Shown here piece by piece: positions 37,501 to 47,534 of a stretch of 64,000 nucleotides of DNA. The notes under the pieces are model-generated. The model worked only from the letters and a program-made list of their open reading frames with translations, did not search any database and had not been told where the DNA came from. The stretch comes from Ginglymostoma cirratum (lineage: Eukaryota): the NCBI GenBank assembly GCA_024137785.1, contig JAHRHZ010000267.1, forward strand, positions 21,121,625-21,185,624, in the 5' to 3' direction. The position numbers and the translations under genes were made by a program. Position 1 is the first letter of the stretch; each line of letters opens with the position of its first letter.

Positions 37501-38309
37501 TAACACTAGATGAATTAAGTGGGTACTTATTATTCATTGTCATACAATAGAACCAAAGTGGAATTATTACTTTGATTATCGGTGTTACGGGAAAGGCTAT
37601 GTTACAGTGTAAACTGATTATTGTACCTGCACCCAGATTGAAATACTGATGCGTGCCCCAGAGACATTTAATCATTCCCACAGTTAGGTTAAAAGGCTTT
37701 CTGTAAAACTGTTGACATCCTTTCCCCGCAACTGCTGGTTCTACAACTAAATTTAGGACATACAACATTTATGGTAGTCAATGTCAAAGCAGTGAATGCA
37801 TTTTGAAATTTGGTTCTTGTTTTATTAAAATGATAATTGCCAAGTGCTGAAGTATGTTTCCCTGCCGTTGACATTAAACATTATTGGAGCAACAAAAGTA
37901 AATAAATTCAGTGAGTCAGTGGAAATAACAGAACAGAAACAAGACATGCAGGAAGTGCAGAGAGAGCTTCCTGATATTTCTAACTCCTTCGGGTAAACAT
38001 TGTGGAGTTGACTGAATTGATCTTCACCAACAGGTATTACAGAGATCAGGTTTAACTCCCTCAACAGGATAGGTATAGAGTTCAAAGACTAGTGGCAAAT
38101 TGTTAAGAACAATTGTAACTAGTTCCAAACATTTAATAATATTAAAATCTCCCAATTAACCAACTATTCCAATTTTAGACTGACAGGCAATATTAAATTG
38201 CTCCCCCTTCTCTTCACTCTAAAATCTACAAACTTAAAGTATTACAATCACCAGGGATGCGATACAAGAAATTGTTTGACCAGAGGGTTGACAACTCTGT
38301 TCTAATGGA

Positions 38310-39545
38310 TTTTATCCACATTGCTTAAAAAGATGTTGCTAGTGAAATATTTGATGTGTTGGCTTTAATGTTCCAAAGTTCCCTAGATTGGGGAAATTCC
38401 GTTAGATTCCAAAGTAGCAAGTATAAAAGGGAGGGAAACAAAACAGGAAGCTGCAGGCAGTTATCTTCTAACACCTTTCCTGTGAAAAATGTTAATCTAT
38501 TATTAAACATGTTATTGTGGGGCACTTCAAACTTTAGGTACTCAGGCTGAGTTAACATGGTTTTGTCAAAGGATGTTTATGTTTAAACAAATCCACCGAA
38601 ATAGTAAAAAGTTGAAGAAAAGAAAATTAATATAAATGACACAGATAAAGGGACCAAAAGATATTGTTGCTAAATTTGTTGATGTCATAATGATAAGGAG
38701 GAAAGTAAGTTGCAAAGAGGATATTGGAAGGCTGCAAAGAGATATGGATCAACTGACAGTGACAAAGATTTGGCAAATAAAGTGGAAAAATGTGAAATTG
38801 TCCAGTTTTGCCAGGAAGATTAAGAGCATACAATTTAAATGGTGAGAGATTGCAAAGATCTGTTATGTCGAGGGGTCCAGGTGACCTGGTGCAGAAACTG
38901 CAAGAAAAGGATACTATGCAAACAAAAATAATTAAGAAAGCTAATAGAATGTTATCATTTAATGCAAGGGGAATTCAATACACAAGTAGGATATTACTCC
39001 TCACCTATACTAGCTATTGGTGAGACCACATCTGGAGAACTGTAAATATAATTGGTCTCCTTATATAAGAATATATGTAAATGCATTGGAAGCAGTCCGG
39101 AGAAGATTTCAGGCTAAACCCTGCAACAGGCTAAATGTTTTACGTAGAAAGTTTGAATAAGTTAGGTTTGTATTGCCTGGAGTTTAGAACAGCAAGTGTT
39201 AAATATTAAAATATTGAAGATCTTGAAGTGACTTGATGGGGTGGATATGACAAGGATGTCACCTCTTCTGAGAGAATCTAAAACTAGGGTTCATGATATT
39301 TTACCGATAAAGGGAGTGTCCATTCAAGACAGAAATGAAAAGGAATGCTTTTCATACAGAAAATCATGGGTCTTGGCAACACTTTTTCAAAAACAATTGA
39401 AAGAGTTTTGGAATATTTAAGACTGAGGTAGATAGATTCTTGTTAACAAGAGGTCAAAAAGCTATTGGGGGTAGGTAGGAACATGAGGTAGTCAGATCAG
39501 CCATGATTTTAATTAATGGAGGAACAGCCTGAAATGTACTGTTGC
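38310..39545 (+). mobile_element. CR1 LINE fragment (RT to 3' end, internally deleted)
   Basis: Peptides LALMFQSSLDWG, VAKFVDVIMI...DIGRLQRDMDQL..WQIKW, IIKKANRMLSF; tail AGATCAGCCATGAT. Confidence 0.85.
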
Positions 39546-40599
39546 AAACAAATCTCAGGATCAAACCCTGATAATGATTCTGAACTCTGACAATAATTCT
39601 GCTTCAATTCTTAGTGTTGGCATCACAAATAAGCATCCACATGCTACCAGTCAATAAAAGTAGATCATCACAACTAAACAAGATCCTGCCCTCTTCTGAT
39701 AGCCATGTTGGCACTTGTAGTAATAATTGCTAACTCATTGCAGCCTTCCATCTCAAAAGGATGGCTTATGCCTTGATGATCAATTGTGTTGGGCATTGCC
39801 TGTTGTGGATCAGAAACCCCACTTTGACATGCATTTACTGTACAGGAAATTAGCGGCCTAAAATGTCCTCTTTTCTTGGCCAGCCAATCTATTTGTTTCT
39901 GTTTGTTTCTTCAACGCTCTCCTAAATCTGTCAGACATTAGAAGTCACAGATTTGTCATCAATAAATCACCTTGACATCGCAGATCGCTGAACCACAAAA
40001 ATCTAATTTATAATTTCTTCCTCTGGGTGATTTTATCTCTTTCCTTTGACTGTTTCAAATGCCCAGCCTCTGAAATTTCTCTCAAAAGCCAATCTAGCTC
40101 AGAAAACTCAACAATGGTTCAATCTCTTCTCCCGAGACATCATTCCCCTGGGTTCCAAAGGCTGTGCTCCAGCACTGACTCATTCACAATTCCAGCCCTT
40201 CAGCCAATCTGAGCAGAACATCAACACTTACACCATTTACCTTTGCTCCAGCTGTCAGCAACATGGGGCAAGTATAATCCCTAAGGGCCTCTGCTGAGCC
40301 TTAATCCCAAACTCTTAGTTGCATCAGACTATCAGCTCTAATGATGGGAAAATTCTAGTAACAGCATCCTTCCAGAATTGGACCTCTTCCTCTATTCCTT
40401 GTTGAGTGATTTTCTCTTTTGTCATCGCATTTCCCTCTACGGTTATGATTCTTACACCACAGCATCAAGCAGATGCACTGTTATCTTGAAGTGGCAAAAA
40501 AGAAAGAAACTTGATTGGAGCAGAGGTTTTTGCATCATTACATTTGGCAAATGCAGAGTTAGAGTTTTTGGCTTCTGCCTACAATTAAGGTAAATCAGT

Positions 40600-41100
40600 T
40601 TTGTAAGATCCTGCAGGTGGCCATGTTCGGGGTATATACACCCAGGGGATCATGGCTCAGTAGCCAGTTTACTGTACAGAAGGTCTTTTGCTAAACTGTT
40701 GTCATCCATCCAATGAACATGGCCAATCTAGCACAGATATCCTTAACTCAGCAGTGACAGTGTACACGTAGGTATCAGCAAGTTTCAGAACCTCCGACTT
40801 GGTAACCTCATCCTGCCAGAGCTGTCAAGAATATGTCTGAGACTGCAAAGAAGAAAAGAGCTTATCCTTTTCTCCGGTCTGCTGTATGTTTCACCACTGT
40901 ACAGCATTATATTGAGCAGAGGCTTGACAGACCTAAGGTTTGATGTTCTTAGCCAGGTCACCATCTATCCACATGGTCTTACCGCACATTTGTGCGGCTG
41001 CAGCTTTTGTTATACGTGCAATTATTTCAACATCGAAATGACAAGCTGTTGCTAATTGTGGAGCCGAGATATGGGAAGTAATCAACAACCTCCTGTGTTA
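40600..41100 (-). mobile_element. RTE-clade LINE fragment (end of RT to C-terminal region)
   Basis: Minus-strand peptides EVVDYFPYLGSTISNS, DVEIIARITKAAAA, MLYSGET, WQDEVTKSEVL, IGHVHWMDDNSLAKDLLYSKL. Confidence 0.8.
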
Positions 41101-41469
41101 CACTGGGACTTCGCTATCCCCATTCTTTTGGGTTATAGAACTTACGTTCTTTTGTTAAACACGTATTGGTAGTTTCCTGTGAATATGCGCAGCTGACTGA
41201 GCACTACAGTAATCCAAACTTCTGGTCTATCAAGTCAGGTTTCAGTGTGGAATCTGACTCCATATAACCAGCACAAAGAGCGTGTCAGTGGAAAGGCTGT
41301 ATTCTGACAGAGGGAATTAATTATACGTTTGGTTCTCTGTTTCACAATCCGGCTAATAGACCATTATAGGCTAAAAATCAGAAGCAAGGTACAACATTAA
41401 ATCTCTTCATGCATACACTAGACCCATCACATTGACCTATTCAATACACACTAATCCTTGAACAGAACA

Positions 41470-41648
41470 TGAATTCAAGATGATCCTTTCTTGGGCAGGG
41501 CAGCATATTGGTAGCTGTAGTGACCTTTCCAACAACTATCTGTGATCAGCTAACTCAGTACAGATTGAAATAAAAGGGAACTTTAATCTTTCTAATAGCT
41601 CACTGATACAATTAACAATGCATTAACCCATTGAGCACTTGGAGGGGA
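41470..41648 (-). mobile_element. Ancient tRNA-derived SINE (AmnSINE2/MamSINE1-like)
   Basis: Minus strand CCCTCC..GTGCTCAATGGGTTAATGCA...TCTGTACTGAGTTAGCTGATC resembles the remembered head/core of that family. Confidence 0.4.
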
Positions 41649-41859
41649 TGGATGTCATTCTAAAACCTCAGTTTTTCTAGGTACTAGCAAAGCAAAAGTA
41701 CTTGCCCCTGACCTCAAATTTGCTTCTGTGATCTTGTCATGGATTTCACATTCCTTGAAGTTAATTTCATCGAAAATCAGTTCTAGTGGATCTCGGACAT
41801 CCTGAAGCAATTATTGTATCAAAACAGGCTAGCAATAATTACACTTATTAGCTGGCAAC

Positions 41860-42125
41860 TAATTACTAATTAATAAACAGCAAGCCAGGAATTAAAAAGC
41901 TCTGAATTTCATTCATTTTTTAATCATTTAACCAATAGCAAGATAACGAGAGAGTCTGGAGAATATTGAACATTGTAGCTTAATCACACAAGGTTTATGA
42001 TTACAAATGCTATTGCAAAGTGTTGACTTACAAATGCCCTCGAAATGAAGGAAAATTGGTTCAAAACAGATAAGGAGTACGTGACAAACTGTTGCCTGGG
42101 TCTTGTGGTTCGGATGTGGGGAATA
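41860..42125 (+). repeat. Donor copy of a local ~270-bp duplication
   Basis: Colinear and clearly similar (scattered substitutions, small indels) to 43500-43773. Confidence 0.9.
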
Positions 42126-42849
42126 GTTTGCACAAACTTGCTGTAGTATGTCAAGAAAAGATATCACGGAGTAGATTAACAGAAAAGGTACTGACTGTTG
42201 CTTGCAGTTTTGGGAGAATCAAGTAAGAAAATATATAAGAAGCGTGATAAAAGCTGTTTCGGCAAAGTTCTCAACTTGCAATGATGTAAATCAACATACA
42301 AGAAGAAATAAAGCAAGATATTTGAAAAGATCACGTGTTTGTTCCTTATTTTTGGAACCCCAACAGAGGGGGAGATACATTTCAAATTAAGGTAAAAACT
42401 GAAATAGCATAAAAGAAACATTTAAATATCATTGTCAAAGTATGGAATTTATCATAAGGGAGAAATTTGATATTTTACAAACTTTTCAGGGTCAAAGGTT
42501 CTTTAGAAATAATAACATTTTCAGTTTTTAAAAACACAAAACCTCATCTAAAAGGGTGCACCTTTCCCAATTCTTTTTATGGTGGGACCAATAGTATGAA
42601 AAGGTGGACCATTACATCAAACCAATAGAATTCACAATGGTGTGGCAACCTCAATAGAGCAACCTGTGGAGGTGCCAAAAGTCACATGACTGCAATTTCT
42701 TGATATCTACAATAAACTGCATGTGTTTGGATGTCAGAAGTTACTGCCGGTTTCACAGCAAACACTGTCTATTTCATTGTCACTACAAACATCAAATCTG
42801 TGGACAACTGTTTTTATAAACGTAGAAACTGAAGCCGTCCTGGACCACA

Positions 42850-43880
42850 TGCACTAACCTTAAAGTGGCAAGTAATAATAGCACCACACAAGTGCCAGAT
42901 GATGACCATCTCCAACAAGAAAATCTGCCAATCACTTTTTGATATTCAATTGCATTGTCTTGGCTGATCATCAACTTCCTGGGTGTTACCATTGATCAGA
43001 ATCTGAACTGGGCTAGCAATGTGTGTATGTACAGTGGCTACAAGAACAAGTCAGAGGCTAGAACTCCTGCAGTGAGTAACTCATCTGTCTATCAATTGCA
43101 AGGCTCAAGTCAAGAGTGCGATGGAATACACCTCATTTGCCAGAATGTATTGTAGTTTCAACAACACTTGTGACACTCAATATTATCCAAGGCTAAGCAG
43201 TCTGTTTGATCATAACCCCATTCATGATGATAAATATTCACTACTTCAGTAGTGGAGGGAGAGAGTGACAGCAGTGTGTAACATATACAAGATATGTAGC
43301 AATTCATTGAGGTTCCTTTGACAGAAGCTTCCAAACCCATGACCTCTACCACTTAGATACAAAGTCAGAAAACTCATGGGAGCACCAGCAACTGTAAATT
43401 CCTTCTAAGCTACATACAACTCTCACTTGGAACTATAACACTGTTTCTTCACCACAACGTAAAAGTCCTGGAAACCACTTCCTAATAATATTGAGTTGTT
43501 AATTACTAATTAACAAATAGCAAGCCAGGAATTAAAAAGCTCGGAATTTCATTCATTTTTTTAATCATTTGACCAATAGCAAGATAAAGGGAGAGTGTAG
43601 AGAATATTGACAATTGTTATGCTGTGGCTTAGTCACACAAGGGTTAGGATTATAAATGCTATTGCAAGGAGTTGACTTACAAACGCCCTTGAAATGAAGG
43701 AAATCGGTTCAATACAGATAAGGAGTATGTGACAAACTGTTGCCTGGGTCTTGTGGTTAGGCTGTGGGGAATATGGACTGCAGCAATTCAAAAAGATCAC
43801 TCACTATCATTTTCAAGGACAATTAGGAATGAAAAACAATATTGGATTTGCCAATGACAGCAGCATGCCTTGAAAAAATA
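42850..43880 (+). mobile_element. CR1-type LINE 3' part, interrupted by the duplicated segment
   Basis: ATCAACTTCCTGGGTGTTACCATTGATCAGAATCTGAACTGG, CAAGGCTCAAGTCAAGAGTGCGATGGAATAC; tail resumes at 43774 with TGGACTGCAGCAATTCAA. Confidence 0.8.
43500..43773 (+). repeat. Inserted copy of 41860-42125
   Basis: Same sequence order from TAATTACTAATTAA to TGTGGGGAATA, embedded in a LINE tail. Confidence 0.9.
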
Positions 43881-43898
43881 AAAGAGAATTGTAAATGT

Positions 43899-44135
43899 AA
43901 CAAAAACAAAGTTTCTGGAAAAGCTCAGCACGTCTGGCAGCATCTGTGATGGAAAACACAGAATTAACATTTCAGGCCCAGTGACCCTTCCTCAGAACGC
44001 TGAACAATTCTGAGGAAGGGTCACCAGACCCGAAATGTTAACTCTGGTTTTTCCTTCACAGATACTGCCAGCTGAGCTTTTCCAGCAACTTTGTTTTTGA
44101 TCCTGATTCACAGCACCTGCAGTTCTTTCGGTTTT
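43899..44135. mobile_element. Inverted pair of Penelope-like pLTR fragments with two hammerhead motifs and a perfect 12-bp TSD
   Basis: AATTGTAAATGT at 43887-43898 and 44136-44147; cores GTT-CTGAGGA-A-GGGTC-actg-GGCCT-GAAATGTT-AAT (43963-43998, -) and ATT-CTGAGGA-A-GGGTC-acca-GACCC-GAAATGTT-AAC (44007-44042, +). Confidence 0.85.
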
Positions 44136-44832
44136 AATTGTAAATGTGAGGTTGGCAAGATGCATTTTCTCTTCAGACAAAGTGATCAGCACAGAATGAT
44201 TGCTGTCAAAGTAGATTTGAAACCATAGAACTATCCAAAGACAATTTAAATGCTGTAATAATAGGAACAGCAGGATGTCTTTGGATGGCTGGAAAAATAA
44301 AGAGAGGCTAAAGGATGTTCTTTGTATACAGTTAGTCTATTCATAACTTCATTTGCTTTCTAAATCCTTTTTCAATAGGCCAGTGATCAATACTCATTTT
44401 TACTTCGTGCTGTATGAAATTAAGAAATCAATATGCTTAGTAGATCAAATTAAACAAAGCCTGCAACAATTCTGAATGTTACATTGCCGCTGAAGAAGGC
44501 GGTATATATTAGAAAACAACCCACCCTTGTCAAGTTTTCTATGGTCACATGGAGCTACATTTGAGAAGCCAGGATGCTACTGTGCACAATTTAAAAAAGT
44601 GGCGGGTGGGATTCAGATGCAGAATTCCTGCCCCTATTTCCAACTGATTGAAGTTTTGCCAGCAAGGGAAAAGTAATTGAAATGATACAAAAAGGAAGGA
44701 AACAGGAACTTGGCCAAGCTATGGGAATGGAATGCTGAGCTCAAACAGGCACCTTTTACCTGTTCCAAGAGGCTTAAAAGGCGACATCGGAGTCAAATAG
44801 TAATGGACTAGATGCAAGTTTTAACAAAACAA

Positions 44833-45445
44833 AATATGGGGGCCGAGCAAGGGAGTTGAGGCTGGGACTCGTCTGTGCCCGGTATCTCCTTTTCTTCTGT
44901 TATGCTTTTTTTATTCCCTCTGTTATTCTTAAAAAAGGTGTGGAGAGTGGCGGGTGAAGGAGGTGGCGTCAGCAATGCCAGATGAGCTGGACACCGCTCC
45001 CCACAGCCTGAGGTCTCCCGTTGAGGGAGGAGCTGGTCCTAGGCTGACTCCCCTAGCCTGGACTCGAGATTGGACCAAGACTGCAGGTCCATAGCTAGGC
45101 CCGGGTGCCTGAAGGAGTGGAAACATCGGCAAAAGGGATAGACAGCCGATGCATCTGGAGGAGCATCGGATGGGGAACAAGAGGCTTCTCCTGGCCCAGC
45201 AACCTGACGTGGCAGTCTCATCCTAGAATGGAGGTTTCACCCCAGCTGCATCTTCAGGGTATTCGATCGTTCCTTAAAATCAGTTTTCCCCAGGCCCAGG
45301 AGCTGTTAACTGAACTGTGATGAAATTTTTCTTAATTTTATTATGTATGACTTCTGTCATTAATATAGGTGCCATGGTGTGGCAACTTATAAAACTTCTC
45401 TGCATTTTTAGTGATAAGTACACATGACAAATTTCCATTCTAATC
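44833..45445 (+). mobile_element. Non-autonomous element with Rex1-like tail (same architecture as 4796-5258)
   Basis: Starts AATATGGGGGCCGAGCAAGG, then a T-rich tract and GC-rich body, ends AAAACTTCTCTGCAT...GTACACATGACAA. Confidence 0.45.
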
Positions 45446-45449
45446 TGAG

Positions 45450-45700
45450 AATGGGTAGGTATGGTTTAAAGTGTCATGTTCTGAAGTTCATTGAACCCCC
45501 CAGCTCTTTCAACTCTTGTGAAATTGGCTTGAGTGTTACCATTGCTCATGGATTCAACTTCAATAAAGCAAAAGAAAGTCGGTAATAAATCTAACCTAGT
45601 TGTGGCCACTCAAATCACTGTCAATTGCTTCCAAAGCGCAGCTGGTTCACTGACATTCTTTAGGGAAAGAAATTTGCCATTTTTATCAGGTCGAGCTACA
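45450..45700 (+). mobile_element. Decayed tRNA-derived SINE (same family as 59405-59740)
   Basis: CTGGTTCACTGACATTCTTTAGGGAAAGAAATTTGCCAT matches the reverse complement of the core of the 59405-59740 copy. Confidence 0.6.
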
Positions 45701-46739
45701 CCAGAGAACTACAGGCCAGTGCATCTAACATGGCAGGGAAACTACTGGGAAAAAAAAATTGATGGAGAGAATTAATCTCCACTTGGAGAGGCAAAAATTA
45801 ATCAAGAATAGTCAGCATAGCTTTGTATGGCAGAGATCATGTCTAACAAATTTGAATTTTGAAGAGGTAACTAGATGTGTAGATGAGGGTCATGCAATTG
45901 ATGTAGTCTGCATGGACTTCAAGAAGGTTTTTGACCAGGTCTCAAATGGCAGACTAGTTAAGATAAAAATTCATGGGATCTAGGGCAACTTGGTAAATTA
46001 GATCCAAAATTATCATAGCCGCAAGGAAAGCATAATGGCTGAAGGGTGTTTTTGTGACTAGAAGCCTGTGTCCAATGCCATATCACAGAGTTCTGTGCTG
46101 GGTCCCTTGTTGGTTATGGTGCGCATTCATGACCTAGAATTGAATTCAGGAAATATGACCAGTAACTTTGCAAATCACACAAAAATTAGTGGTATGGTAA
46201 ATAGTGAGGAGGAAAGCCTTAGGCTACCAGATTATATAGACAGCTGGTCAGATGGGCCAGTGACAAATGGAGTATAATCCTGAAAAAAAGTTTGAAGTAA
46301 TGCATTTTGGGAGGCCAAAAAGGCAAAGGAGCACACATTGAATGATTGTACTTTCTAGGATCCTAAGGGTCGGAGGGACCTTGCTGTACATGTCCACAAA
46401 TCCTTGAAAGCAGCAGGAGAGGTATATAAGGTGGTTAAGGCAGCAAATGGTATATTTGCCTTTGTTAGTCAAAGCACTGAATATAAGAGCAAGGAGGTTA
46501 TGTTGGAGCTGTACATAAACATTGATTTGACCACAGCTGGGGTATTATGCGCTGTTCTGGCTGCTGCACTACAGGTAGGATGTGATGGCGCTAGACAGAG
46601 TCCAGAGGAAGCTCCCAGGATGTTGCCGAGGCAGGGGTAATTCAGCCATGAAGGCAGAGGATAAGCTGGAGTTGTCCTTCCTTACAAAACTGGGGTGGGG
46701 TGGCATCTGATGGAGGTCTACGAAGTCCTGAGGGGCATT

Positions 46740-47175
46740 ACGATATGATTTATGAATGATTTATCATCACATGCATTTTTACAGTGAGATACAATAAAGT
46801 ACGGTGAACAGGTTTTATTTGTCACCGTAATCTGGAGCCACTTTGTTGGTTGAGAAAAAAGTGAAGAGATATAGGTTGAAGAGAAGTCCATCATTCCTGA
46901 GCTGGCTCAGAGCCACACCCATCTCACCTGACCCAACTGATCCTCCAGCGCCATCTTTCACTGCTGGGCCAATTCACCTTTGCCACCACGCGAATCAAGC
47001 ACACCAATGGAGACAATCATGGCAAACAATGCTGCTGTGGTGCCCTCCTGTCGCTACTTCACTGCCACCAGCGTCAGAACCAGCCAACAAAAATTTGTCA
47101 ATTCTCAGGCACCACAATTCACCACTGGGCCTACCTCGCTGACATCGCCTTAGGACTCACTTGACACCGTCCAAC
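46740..47175 (-). mobile_element. 5'-truncated non-autonomous element with Rex1-like tail nested in CR1
   Basis: Minus strand ends AAAACCTGTTCACCGTAC...GCATGTGATGATAAATCATTC; CR1 reads through from GAGGGGCAT to AGGGTAGGTAGGGAAAC. Confidence 0.5.
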
Positions 47176-47265
47176 AGGGTAGGTAGGGAAACTCCTTTCC
47201 TCTTGGTAGAGCACTCAATAGCCAGAGGACACAGTTTTAAAGTAAGCAGCAATTGCTTTAAGAAA

Positions 47266-47534
47266 CCTACACTCACCTTTACTGGTTCCATCCCCGCCTC
47301 TTCGACTTGTCTGCCTCCTCTCCACCTATCCTCTCCTCTATCCATTCTCTATCCGCCTCCCCCTCTCTCCCTATTTATTTCAGAACCCTCTTCCCCTCCC
47401 CCATTTCTGATGAAGGGTTTAGGCCCGAAACGTCAAGTTTTCCTGCTCCTATGATGCTGCTTGACCTGCTGTGTTCATCCAGCCCCATGCTTGTTATCTC
47501 GGATTCTCCAGCATCTGCAGTACCTTTTATCTCT
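47266..47534 (+). mobile_element. Young Penelope-like 3' UTR/pLTR fragment nested in CR1
   Basis: Pyrimidine-rich leader followed by 131 bp nearly identical to 7664-7794. Confidence 0.85.
47403..47438 (+). ncRNA. Minimal type I hammerhead ribozyme motif (intact core)
   Basis: AUUU-CUGAUGA-A-GGG-uuuagg-CCC-GAAA-CG-UC^AAGU; predicted cleavage after C47434; stem I AUUU/AAGU. Confidence 0.8.
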
